From Folioceros fuciformis (Eukaryota), in assembly GCA_049999805.1 (NCBI GenBank), contig JBNGIO010006101.1:102684-136359 (forward strand): DNA of 33,676 bases, written 5' to 3'. Positions 22,521-33,676 of the stretch are shown here, piece after piece. Below the pieces are notes generated by a model that was given only the letters and a program-made list of their open reading frames with translations, had not been told where the DNA came from and ran no database searches. Made by a program: the position numbers and the translations under genes. How positions within the stretch are numbered: position 1 is the stretch's first letter; each line of letters begins with the position of its first letter.

Positions 22521-23326
22521 CGGTTCCCCTTCTTCAATCACGAAACGATGGCAGCTCCAAGTCTGTTTTGAATCAAATTCCAAACCCGTTTCGAGTAGAA
22601 CGCCTGGAAATCCGAAAAGCTTACCCCTGTTCCTATGTTATCACTCGCACTTAACCTAGGTCTCGAGGTTTAACAGTCTTAAGCGAGGGTTTCTCCCATC
22701 CACCGAGAGAACTTACACCTGCCTGCCCCTACACTGCGCTCAACGGTTGATCTTATCGGCTCGGAATCTTTGCAAAGAGCATAAGACAACCCAGTGGATA
22801 ACTGGACGAAGCAGCGGATTTGGTTATCCCGTCGCAAATAGGTGAAGTCAAGAGCCTTACCCTTCTGCTTGATCCTATATCTCAACTATGTCATCGACAT
22901 CATCAGAGTACATATCAGGCAATTTGTGGATCTAAACGGCATTTATTGTACCAGTATTACCAAAGTGCTGAAGGCAAGAATACGACGTGAAAAGCCTAGA
23001 ACACCAAGATAGAGTTGTAGGCCTCCTAAGTACACTTCGGGGGAAAGTTCGTAGAAAGCAAGGATAGCGGATTCGGTACAAGTGAATGTGAACAACGTGC
23101 ATGTAGTGGCTTCCAGCCAAGGCTCGATTTCGATGAGGATCACAACTTGAGGCCATTTGTCACGGGTGCTCAATCTTGTAGTTCTGTTTGGAATAATGCA
23201 TGCCTTGTTGTGAGAAGAAAGTTACACCTCGGGGGTGAAGAATCGTATTAGCTTAATTCACAATGACTTTGATCGGACAACATAGGAGACTCAATTGCGA
23301 TTGGCATCTTCTGCAGCTATTCCCCC

Positions 23327-23409
23327 AAAGGATCAAGGAGATGCAAGGCCAGAGGACCAAGGAGAAACAAGGTCAGAGGACCACGGAGAAACAAGGTCAG
23401 AGGACCAAG
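23327..23409. repeat. Tandem repeat, 24-bp unit (agaggaccaaggagaaacaaggtc), about 3.5 copies
   Basis: Units start at 23327, 23351, 23375 and 23399. Confidence 0.9.
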
Positions 23410-23572
23410 CTTATAGAAACCTCGGGCAAAAGAGATACAAAACAATAGCCAAGCATATAGATGGACAACTGTTTGGCATTAAAGCCCCGGAGTGACGACA
23501 GTGTGTATATCTTAAAGATGGTCAACCGGTTTTCCGCAGGAGGACAAAGATGCTGAAGAACCAACAATTTCC

Positions 23573-24965
23573 TACTGATCGTCTGTCTCAACCGCATGAA
23601 GATCCTCTATCTTCTTGTTCTGAGGAGAAGAGGAGCGTAGCAAGGAGAAGATGCTGCAGAAGGACACAGCGGGTCTTTCTGGACAAAAGCTTGCACTCTA
23701 GCTCATCTGCGGTGCAACTCCTTGCCGTTGTCAGCCTGGTCAAATTCAGACAAGACCTCTTCTTGAAGACTTTTGACGTGTCTCCGTAGATTTTCTCTCC
23801 ACTCCTGATGAAAATGCCGTGAATCACGTCAAAGCCTGTGACACCAGTCTGGGTCACATTTCAAGGGACTGGCACCATCCAGATTGAGGTCACCTGGTTC
23901 TCTTCCAGCTGCTGTTTGAAATTCACGATCTCCTTGTCCCTGTTCCTAAGCGTGGTGGACAGCAGAAAAGATGGAGAAAAGCATGGCCATCCGGAGGAGA
24001 TTGTGGCCTTTGCTTCTCATCCTCTCCCAAATAGATAAAGCGGGTGCAGCAACCTTGTAGTACGAGCTAATACGTGTACGTTCTACAACATTGCGAGGCC
24101 CCCAACCAGAAGGCTCACCTGGCTCGGGGATGTCTTGGCTGGTCATACTGGATTGCTTCTGTTTCTGGTTGAGCAACAAACGTCTAAATTTAGACTGCGT
24201 ACGGAAGAAGGAGCAAGCTTGCTTGTAAACCTGGTGGTGGTCAGATGCAAACAGTCCGGTGACTGCACAATATGCATCTCACAGCAGCGTTGAGGTGGAG
24301 GAGCAGAACCTCCAAGAGACGATGAAGAGATTCCGCTATATGCGCATTCGAACTCTCGATTCATCTCATTCCAGATAAGGGCGATGGTCGTGTTTACTAA
24401 GCACAGCACAAGCAGCAATGCCAGCTTGACAGTCTCGATAACAAACTGAAGTCAGCTTCAGGTTATGCGTGACCTGGCCTTGGGTAGCTCCAACCTGGCA
24501 CCAAGTTCTACCCCCAAGGCCAGGACAGTTGGTGACCAGTGCACTGGAATTCCCTGAGCTTGGTGCTGGTTCCGGACTTACCAAGAACTCGAAGTAGGTC
24601 TTCCCTACATGAGTTCCAGCCATGGCCTAGCACTTACAGCTGGACCTGATTGCCCTCGGTTCCGCAAGGGCAACTGGAACAGGAACATTGCGAGAGGAGC
24701 CGTAGGGTCCAAGATGGATGCGATTGCAGCGGAGAAGGGTTTCGTTGCCGTTCCTTGGAGCGATAGCGAGCTGTATATTTGGAACCTCAGCTTCCCATGC
24801 TTTAAATCTCTCGACAAGCTCTTTGCTTTGCTCGTGGTTCATCAGGAAGAAGCTTTTCTCCGTTTGCTATCTCAGCGGCCTCGAAAGAGCCTCTTCCGGC
24901 GTCTCTTCAGCCATAAGTGCTGCTAGCTCAAGCACGATTTTAGCCCGGGATTTTGCAGCTTCTCT
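23573..24965 (-). pseudogene. Spliced gene or pseudogene with a C-terminal coiled coil; 5' part unresolved and apparently disrupted
   Basis: Phase-compatible GT-AG exons give EDLLRVL|VNTTIALIWNEMNREFECAYSGISSSSLG|ETEAIQYDQPRHPRAR|NRDKEIVNFKQQLEENQ|EWRENLRRHVKSLQEE|NKKIEDLHAVETDDQ*. An upstream exon-like segment EAAKSRAKIVLELAALMAEETPEEALSRPLR*QTEKSFF has an in-frame TAG. Confidence 0.4.
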
Positions 24966-27900
24966 ACGACATGGTCATAGATCTAGACAGGTCCTCCTGC
25001 TGCCCCCCTCTCAAGCTGAACAATTTTGTAAGACATTCCTGGTGCTACAGACAGTTTCAATCACGAGGAACAAAATTCTTCTTTTCTCCGTCTCCCCCTA
25101 CTGTAGCACGTGAGCAGCTGGATGCAAGATCAACTGGCGAAAAAGTGCCAAGCACCATTCAGTTATAGATCAAACGTACACAGATAAAAGGTCCATGGAA
25201 TTCACAAACAAATCCAAGGAAATCGAGCCTATCAAGAAGATCCCGGAACAACAGGCCTCTTGACTTCTTTCGTGCCACAACTGTGATGTATGGTTCCAAC
25301 GTCTCCATCGGCAGAGGGCCTTGTACGATCCAGCAAAAAGGTAGGCCAGATATGAGATGTTCCAGCGGCAGAGCAACAAGAGAGATGATCTTCCCAACAA
25401 CAGGTTGATGCATATGTCTACACCACCCACTACATGGACATGCACAGTCGAGTGATTGGCCGATGCCGCGTACCGACTCAAGCCGAAGTAGGTGTCGGAG
25501 ATCCCATCTCCTGCTGATGAGAGTGCACCCGTAGGGCTAGGAGCCGCAGAACACAGCGCATGCTTAGGCAGGGTCAGACAAAGCATTCCCTCTCTTGCTA
25601 CGCTCCTCTTCACTGTTCCCTGTTAGCCTGGGACTGAACTAGTCCTCTCCACGCACCTTAGACACCTCTCAGCAGATCGGTATCCTGGAAAGACGATCCA
25701 CATCCCCGACGCAGACGTTGCTCAACCTTGCAGATAACTTGCATGTTACGTCAAATATACGACTTAAATCACCCATCTTCCCGACCACGTAACATTCTCC
25801 TAACAGCGATAGTCACGATTCCTGCTCTATTTTTGAGAAATCAAACAAGAAGTATAAACAAGACCACGAAACAAGACATGGATTCGGGGCTGGCCTACAG
25901 CACCACATGGAAAGCAAGCTCGTCGATGAAAACTATACCAGGAAGCATTGGCATATGGACAAAAAAATACAATGACCAGCTTCCCGTGGTCCATGGATTG
26001 ACAATCTCCAGCACAGCATGTAAACTACGCCCTTCCAGACAAGTCTATAAGCAAGCATATCAGCAGCTACGGACAAACAGAACCGTTTGCCATGGTCGCT
26101 AGAGTCAATCTCGATCTCGCCGGACAATATTTGCCGGTTGCAAGCTTGGCCTTCAATCTATTGACTTGTTACGGAGGGTCAGGTCAGCAAGCATCGCCTC
26201 CACTTCGTTGTCATCTACTCCTTCCTTCCCCTTAACACCAGAACACTCATACGCTCGAAGGTCTACACCATGGCAAGCACAATCCACAGCTCACGGAGGT
26301 TGGCACCCTTACCTCCACAGATGCAACTTACGCTTCAGCCTCCTCCAACGTTTCAGGACACCGGCTCCCGATCCGCCAACCTCAAGTGTTGGCAGCCGCA
26401 GGCAGCACTAAACAGCAGTACTACACCACGATCCGCCAGTTCTGGCTCCTGCCTGCCCCGAATTCACTGAGCTGGTTCCTCACCTTCCTCGCTTCACAGC
26501 GCCTGGACTCTTGGTACCAGCTACTGTGCTCGACATGTTGCAAAAGCATTCACACAGACCATCAAAGATACTACACAAGCTACACCCCGCCGGCAGTCCT
26601 AGAATCGCAAGCAGGTCAGGCAAAACCCTAGCCGAAGCCACACGCACATGCCAGTTCCCACGAGAGGTCATCTGACAGCGCTCCACAAGAAAAAGCATCT
26701 TCTTCCCCTAGTGCTGCCCATAACGCGGCCATGATCCCCTCCATCCTCACCAAGTCACCAGCCCTGACACCTCGCCAGCTCCAAGCTTGCCTTCAATCCA
26801 GACAAACACGAGGCCGAAAAATCGAGCATCACGCGTCTCGCTGGCGACAGTATCTCCAGATGTCCCTTCCGAAATCTCGTCACATGATTATTATTAACTC
26901 ATCTAACCGCCTGGATCACCTCACTTCACAAGACGGTGCGCAAATTAGTTGGCAGAAGATATCGCGCGAATTATCTGACCAAATCCCGAAGATCTGAAGC
27001 AACGCCTTTGTGCGCGTATACAGGTAAACTAGTAACAAGAACTAGTCGGGCAGGTAAGATCGCGACCAGGTAACTGCCGGAAAGGTGTGACGTCGTATTA
27101 CAGTCCGGTGCAGCGTCATCGGATTCCTGTCACGCCCATTTGCAAGCCAAACAGCTATGGCGGGTCATGTCGTCAACGATTCTTCCGCGTTTCTATCCCA
27201 ACGGACATCCTCAACGCCTACCCAGACATTGGATCCCCCACCAGCAGCCAATTGGGTTTGGGAATCTGCACAGCCCACAAGTTACAACCCCACCGTCCCA
27301 TCTCCATCCTCGCCCGCGCTTCTTTCCCGATTCTTTCAACCCCACACTGATGTCAGGCACTGCTGCTTCGCGGAATCTGACACCCATTTGTTTTCATGGC
27401 TCTTTTGCTCTCCCCGGGACGGGACCCTCATCCGACACAGATCTGGCAGAGTGGCAAAGCTTTTTTTTGTAAAACCAAGCCATGCATACGAGCGTCACCG
27501 ACAGGCGACAAGGGAGGAGACAACGAATCGCCCACTGAGATCAATCCATATATACACATACATGCATGAGATCAAAGAAAACGCGTTCGATTCGCGATTC
27601 TGTCCTGCACTCCCACGGCTCCCTGCCGGCCGTTTTGTGTAACCACGCGGCGCCGAGTGATTGGGAGCCGGAAACGTCCCCCGGAAGGTAACGGACCGTT
27701 GAGGCCACGGCCTGTCCGAATAGGCGTCAATTTTATCGTGTTCCGTTACACGTGACGGCGGACTCGGTAAAGTATGTGTGCATGTTATGTATGTAGCCGT
27801 TCAGTGGGTACCGTGCAGGAATGATGGGCGGCTGTGGGCATGGCATATTCGTCGATTTGAAATTCCGGATAATGGGCTTACTCACCTAATTACGGCCGAC

Positions 27901-29625
27901 GGGGCGGCCTTACCTCAGAGCGTAATCGCAGCGTATGTATGTTTGTATGTATGTATTTATGCGGGTGCGGTGCATACAGTAGATTTCGAGACAATACAGT
28001 GGGAAAGCGACGGGCAGTCGAGGGCTCGACTGCCCGTCAGGCGTCCGCTTCCGGCTCCTGCTCCGGCTCGGCCCGAACCTGGCGTCTCTGCTGTCGGTCT
28101 GTCCCTTCTGCTGTTCTTTCTCCCTCCGCCAGCTCCAGCAGCCATGGCGCTGCTGCTGCCCCTGCCGCCAGCCTCCTGCATTGTGCTGGAACGCTGATAC
28201 CCGGACCTTCAGTCGCTGCCCGGCTCGTCTTCACGGGCTGCGAGGGCTGGCATTTGCGGCTTCTGAAGGGATCGGGGCATTCTAGGAGGAGCAGGAGGGT
28301 GGATGTGGAGCTCGAGGCGGAGGAGGAAGGAGGAGGAACAAGACTAAATCGCTTCCTGCTGCGGCAGACAAGGTCAGGCGCTTTCTTCCCCGACTTTGCG
28401 CTGTATTTCACCGTGTCGTGTGCCGGGTCGCCTCTTCCTGCTCTGTTTCCGTCCCCCGGGAAGCAGGACAATTCGTGCTCCTGTACGCCGCAATGGGAGG
28501 GCCTTCTGTCGCTCCCATGGTCTAGGTTTTTGCTGCTGTGTAGCTGTGTGCGGGGAAGGGAGGAAATGCGGGGCTCGTCTCCCAGCTTCTCGTGCCTCTG
28601 CGCTGCTGCTTCGCACAAATTTTGGATGGTACGAAGTCTGTGTCAGATGTTGGGAGAGGAATTCTGTGTGGCGTAGCGTCTTTCCCGCTCGGTGTTCGGC
28701 ACTCTTGAAGCGCTGGGGACAGTGGCTCGGGGAGCCTGCGTCGTCTGGCTGCTCCCAATTTGCATTTGCATCCATTCTTTCTGGTGTTCTGCCTTGTGTG
28801 CGGAACCATCGGGTGTTGCGTCGCTGTGGTTTATCTTGCCTTTTCCCTGGCCCTCCACGGAGAGCACATTTGGTTTTTAGAGGACGTCTGGGCGTGAAAT
28901 ACTGCTCGACCAGGGTGGGGGAGGTGCGTGGATGCGGCCGATCGGTCTCCCGTCCTCCTCGTATTCTCCTGTCGGGACTGGTGGCGGAGGTGGAGGAAAA
29001 TCTTTCCCCGAATCTGCGTCTGGTCTCGTAGCGTCTTAGTTCTTTCCTTGGGGTCCAGTTGAGTCCTCTTTTCTTTCCTGCGATTTTGCTGGACCGGGGT
29101 GGCCTCATTGGAGTTTTGCAATGCAGGCTGCGCAACTCCGTCTCCAGCAAGCTCGCCGCTGTGTTTGGACGTCACTCGGATCAGTGAAGGTTACGTGCCG
29201 CTTCCGCTTTCTGAAAAACGGTGAATTGATAGCTGCGCGCTCTTCACTGAGCTGGCTCCGTCCTACCCCCTGACTCGGGAAAGCAGGTCGTGTAGACAAT
29301 AAGGTTGCTTCAAGAAGGAGCCTCTGGGGTGGGCACATTGGTAGCTTCGGGTACTTGCGCCGGCTCTTACAGAAATGGTGACTTGCCGTCGCCTAGTGAC
29401 CCTGTGGTGAGATCGGCAGTCAGGTAGAGAGTGCTCGTGCAGATGGCATGAGACCAGAAGCCGACGGCAAGGTGACGCCCCGATGTCACGAGCGGCTAAC
29501 GAGTCTCCGTTTCCTGAAGCACAACTTCTTAGCAGATTCTACCTGATGAATATGCGTTTCCGATAATTCTCTTGGAAACGCCGGAGGAGGCGACTTGGGT
29601 CCAGGTGTATGTTGAGCTCGTCAGG

Positions 29626-32040
29626 ATGGTCTCCAAAAGCAAACTGAACAAGGATCTGTCCCAGAAGACCTCTGTGCTTGGTCTTAAATTATGGGTCCTT
29701 ATCGGCATTGGTGTGGGTGCTCTCATCGTGGTGATGCTTTGTGTTCTCGCAATCTGGCTAACTTGTCGGAAGAGGGCGAGGAGCACCCATGAAAATCTGC
29801 CTTCCCTTATGATACCGAATGACTCCAAGGAGATCAAGGAAGTCAAAATTGACAGAGTAGGGAACACTTACTTGCCGCCTCCTGATGGCGTTTTATTGCC
29901 AATCAATGAAACTTCAGGAGAGAAGGATTCCACAGAGAAGGTGGTGGTTCATGTCGGGGCAGGAGACCCCAAAATTGTGGCTCACAAACATCAGACGGAA
30001 CCCAGTAAAGGAAATGTCCAGAGAAAGTATCCAGACGTCACCGCCGAGAAAGTGTTACTGATACAGCGGGATGCATCTGAAATTGGGATGTCCGAGAGTG
30101 GAGCCCCAGACATCCAATCTGAGGCTGAAATTCGTAGCACAGCAGCATCGTCAAGGGTGCCAAGTGCTGGTTCTTATGACGGAGATCGGCATGGTTTATT
30201 GGCATCGGATGCGGGCAAATCCTCCTTCCAGGGTGTTGAGACGTCATCTATAGGCTCACCTGCTGATGCAGCTCAGCTGGGTTGGGGAAGCTGGTACTCG
30301 TATGGTGAGCTGGAACTTGCTACTGATGCGTTCTCAGAAGTGAATGTTCTTGGCGAAGGTGGATATGGCATTGTTTTCAAAGGCCACTTGCAGGACGGGA
30401 CTCTTGTAGCTGTGAAGAATTTATTGAACAACAAGTAAGATGGTTTGACCTGATTGACTCATGACTTTTGCACGCCCTGCTGCTGTTGCTAAGGGAACAA
30501 CCGTAGTCGATTTCTCGTTTCCTGTTAGGGTATGCAAGTGCATTTACCCCTTCTCGGTTCTGCTTGGCTGCCCCAGAGGACAGGCGGAGAAAGAGTTTCG
30601 TGTAGAGGTCGAGGCCATAGGCCGAGTTCGGCATAAGAACTTAGTGCGCTTGCTCGGTTACTGTGTAGAAGGAGTTCAAAGGTATGAGTCCGCGGATTCG
30701 TTATTTCTGCAGGACACAAATGTTTGCTGGAGTGAGCGGATCAGGTCAATGTCATCACTCATTCGTTTCCATTTCCTTACACGACGGTACTCACCCCTTC
30801 TCAGGATGCTTGTGTATGAGTACGTGGACAATGGCAACCTGGAACAGTGGCTTCATGGTTCTCTGTCATTGACAAATCCCCTCAGCTGGGAGTCTCGCAT
30901 GAAGATTGTGTTGGGAACTGCCAAAGGGTGGGTGCATCTTAACTGTTCAATCCCAGGTCTTGTGATGTTGCTGTCATAATCCTCCAATTCACTCCAAGAT
31001 CTTGCCTTTCGTAGGTTGACTTATCTACATGAGGCATTGGAGCCTAAGGTTGTTCACCGGGATATTAAGTCGAGCAACATACTGGTTGACAACGAATGGA
31101 ATGCCAAAGTATCTGATTTTGGGCTAGCAAAACTTCTAGGCTCTGGGAAGAGTCATGTGACCACGCGGGTGATGGGAACCTTTGGGTATGTATGGTACTC
31201 AAGTGTCTGGGTCTTTTAACTCTGGTCCATGATTAGTGAAGATGATCGTCAAGTGTTTATCGCATGCAGGTACGTGGCTCCGGAGTATGCCAACACAGGC
31301 TTGCTCAACGAGAGAAGTGATGTGTACAGCTTTGGAGTCCTCCTCATGGAGGTTATAACTGGTAGAGATCCTGTGGACTATGGACGAGCTTCTGGAGAGG
31401 TAACGACACCTGGAATTATATCTCTTCCTGCCGTTGTTGGAGGTTGTGGCCCTGGACTTCGGTAGACACTGATGTTGGCCATTTGGTCCGCAGGTGAACT
31501 TGGTGGACTGGTTGAAGTTGATGGTGGGAACCAGACGCTCAGAGGACGTAGCGGATCCTAAAATGCCTGTGAAGCCTTCGTCTCGTGCTTTGAAGCGAGC
31601 GTTGCTAGTCGCCCTGCGCTGTGTGGATCCTGATGCCACGAAGAGGCCAAAGATGGGGCATGTTGTACACATGCTAGAAGCAGAGGAGTTTCCTTTTCGT
31701 GACGTAAGATAGGTTCCTCTGGTTGTTATTGTTGGCGTTACATGTGTCGGCATGCTTCAAAGTCTCCGTTGTTCCCCTGACCTACAGACCCACCTAAGTG
31801 CATCTAAGTTATGCTTTGAGATCTATATTCTCAACTCGAGTCTCACTGGTGCCACAGGATAGGAGAGTTAACCGAGATGCGAACCGGGCAAAGCGTGAGA
31901 GCACTCAAAGCCAGGAGAAAATTCTGCAGCGGCTATCCAAGGAAGCAGCCAAGGCCGCAGAGCAGGACGACAGCGACACGTCAATTGACAGTCCAAGTGC
32001 TATCGGCTTCATGAGAAAGTGGAGAAAACAGGACGGATAG
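29626..32040 (+). CDS. Receptor-like Ser/Thr kinase with N-terminal membrane anchor (RLCK-V, At1g01540-like), multi-exon
   Basis: [35 protein letters not shown] transmembrane segment, [98 protein letters not shown] at 32038-32040. Confidence 0.95.
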
Positions 32041-33676
32041 ATAGCAACAGCCAAAGATGAATAGGGTATTACCACTATATCCGATCTGACCGTATCAACT
32101 CTCCTTTTGAATCTGGGTGCTGATGAAGGTTCATGTGGAGAGACGGGTGAAGTAGAGAATTCATTTCAGGAGTAGCATAGGTAGGTGGTGTATATGTAGT
32201 ACGTAAGATGGAAAATGTCCCCTGTAACTTTCTCAATAAACTTGGTGCAAGCTATCCCGCCTTACTATTTCTGGCAGTCCAGTCAGTGCCTGGCCTGTAG
32301 TGTCAGTCTGGAGGCTTGTGGTGACGCATGAAGTTGGTAGGAGTCTGACGGGATTACGTAGCTTTGTACTAAGTTCAGAAGTGCGGCGAGTAATATCTTG
32401 CAGGTGTGTACAGTAAGGCACCGGGACCTGTCTGCAACATGTGAGTCTGGACAGGTACGTCAGAAGAGGATGAAGGCCCAAGCTGTAGTTGTACTGTACT
32501 GGAAGCAACGTCTTCTGGGAGCACATGACTGTGCACAGATCAGTTGGCTGTTGGACAACGGATACATGAAACTCCAAAAGGTTCACACTGCACTGGGAAG
32601 GAGCCCAATGCCGTTCATGGGCAACGCCTCTGATTGGTCAGTGCGAACACTTTCACTGTTACGGTTGGCGAGGTTTGGCTGTCACGCCCAACGCGTCTAC
32701 TTTCACCTGCTGCACTAGGGACATGCCCTCCGCTCTCCACCGAGGGCAGGAAACGGAGATCGCCGCAAACTTTCCTGCCTTGTTCCAGGTGACAACAGCG
32801 GGTAGAACGTTGCAACGGAACAGTGGGGAGACGGGAGTTCTTGGTGGAGGAGACCAATCCATGTTTACTTGTCGGTGTCGGCGATACAAGAAGGTAACAC
32901 CAAGCAGGAATCTACTGCACCGTGCATCCTCTGTACATGTATTTGCATACTGATACACACCCACAAGTGAAAGATATGATGGATTGTGGCAGCGATGAGT
33001 GGTATTGGGTCTGCGATCATGTGGTGATCAATCCATGCATGTCAGGAACAGTACTGACGGTGAGACTCGATCGATTCCCACAAATGAAGAAAGATTTGGA
33101 TATCTTCCAGCCCGGGACAACAACTTTGTACTGCAACCTGCACGTAGGGTTGCGCTATGAGAGGGAGCCATCTCCGGGCTATCCCGGCTCCATACACCAG
33201 CTCTCTAATAATGCTCCACAGCGAGTGGAGCAAGAGTGTGCATGATAGAGGAGGCGAGTAGGGGCTGTGACTTTTTCTCTTCCCTCTCTCACGGGTGGTT
33301 TCCATTTTGCAGGCCCAAGGACTGTCAGCTTCAAACCCGGGTCTTCCCATCATTCGCTCCCGCCTCCAGAAGTAAGTCTGGAGGAGCGTGATGACACCTG
33401 CAGGCGGAGCAGTAGGTACTGTACATTCTATCTCCTCTCTACCCCAGAATAAGCTCTGTACACAGTCTGTGGCCTGTACGTGTCGCATTTCCGCCTTGCT
33501 GCCTTCGCCCACGTTCCCTTTCCTCCTTTCGTCGCAGAGGATCCATCATCCCACGTAGCCGGCGCCTGCGTTCCGTCCTTAAGCCCTCCCAGCTCGTCAC
33601 TGCCCACAGGTTGCCGCCGCTGCATGGCATGCCCTCTCCAACATCGCACCATGCTACTCACCCTAACGAACCCAGG

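Noticed and set aside
27939-29175. Several overlapping 190-260 aa ORFs on both strands
   Set aside because: The region is GC-rich and stop-poor, and the products are low-complexity Arg/Ser/Cys-rich sequences. It is better explained as the kinase leader or promoter.

Overview
Eukaryotic, gene-dense plant nuclear DNA with short (~60-250 nt) GT-AG introns. A SAXO axonemal gene, a PLS-type PPR relic and the compact layout point to a seed-free plant with flagellated sperm, probably a bryophyte such as a hornwort (inference). In order along the window: last exon of a nucleotide-diphospho-sugar transferase (+); an intronless ORF ending in a bacterial-style retropepsin-like (DTG...IGRD) aspartic protease domain (-); an anoctamin/TMEM16-like gene (-); an unresolved spliced gene (+); a 10-N gap; tRNA-Ile(AAT) (-); a PLS-E PPR pseudogene (-) next to an AT-rich repeat block that may be a solo LTR; a LisH/CTLH-WD40 gene (+); a single-exon putative plastid membrane protein (-); a CMP-sialic-acid-transporter-like nucleotide-sugar transporter (+); SAXO/FAM154 (+); RNA polymerase II subunit RPB4 (-) with a candidate U12 intron; a degenerate coiled-coil gene (-) overlapping an 18-bp inverted repeat pair; and an RLCK-V-type kinase (+). 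The most unusual item is the stand-alone retropepsin-like ORF, a candidate for horizontal transfer or transposon domestication. All gene models were assembled by eye; no database searches were run.
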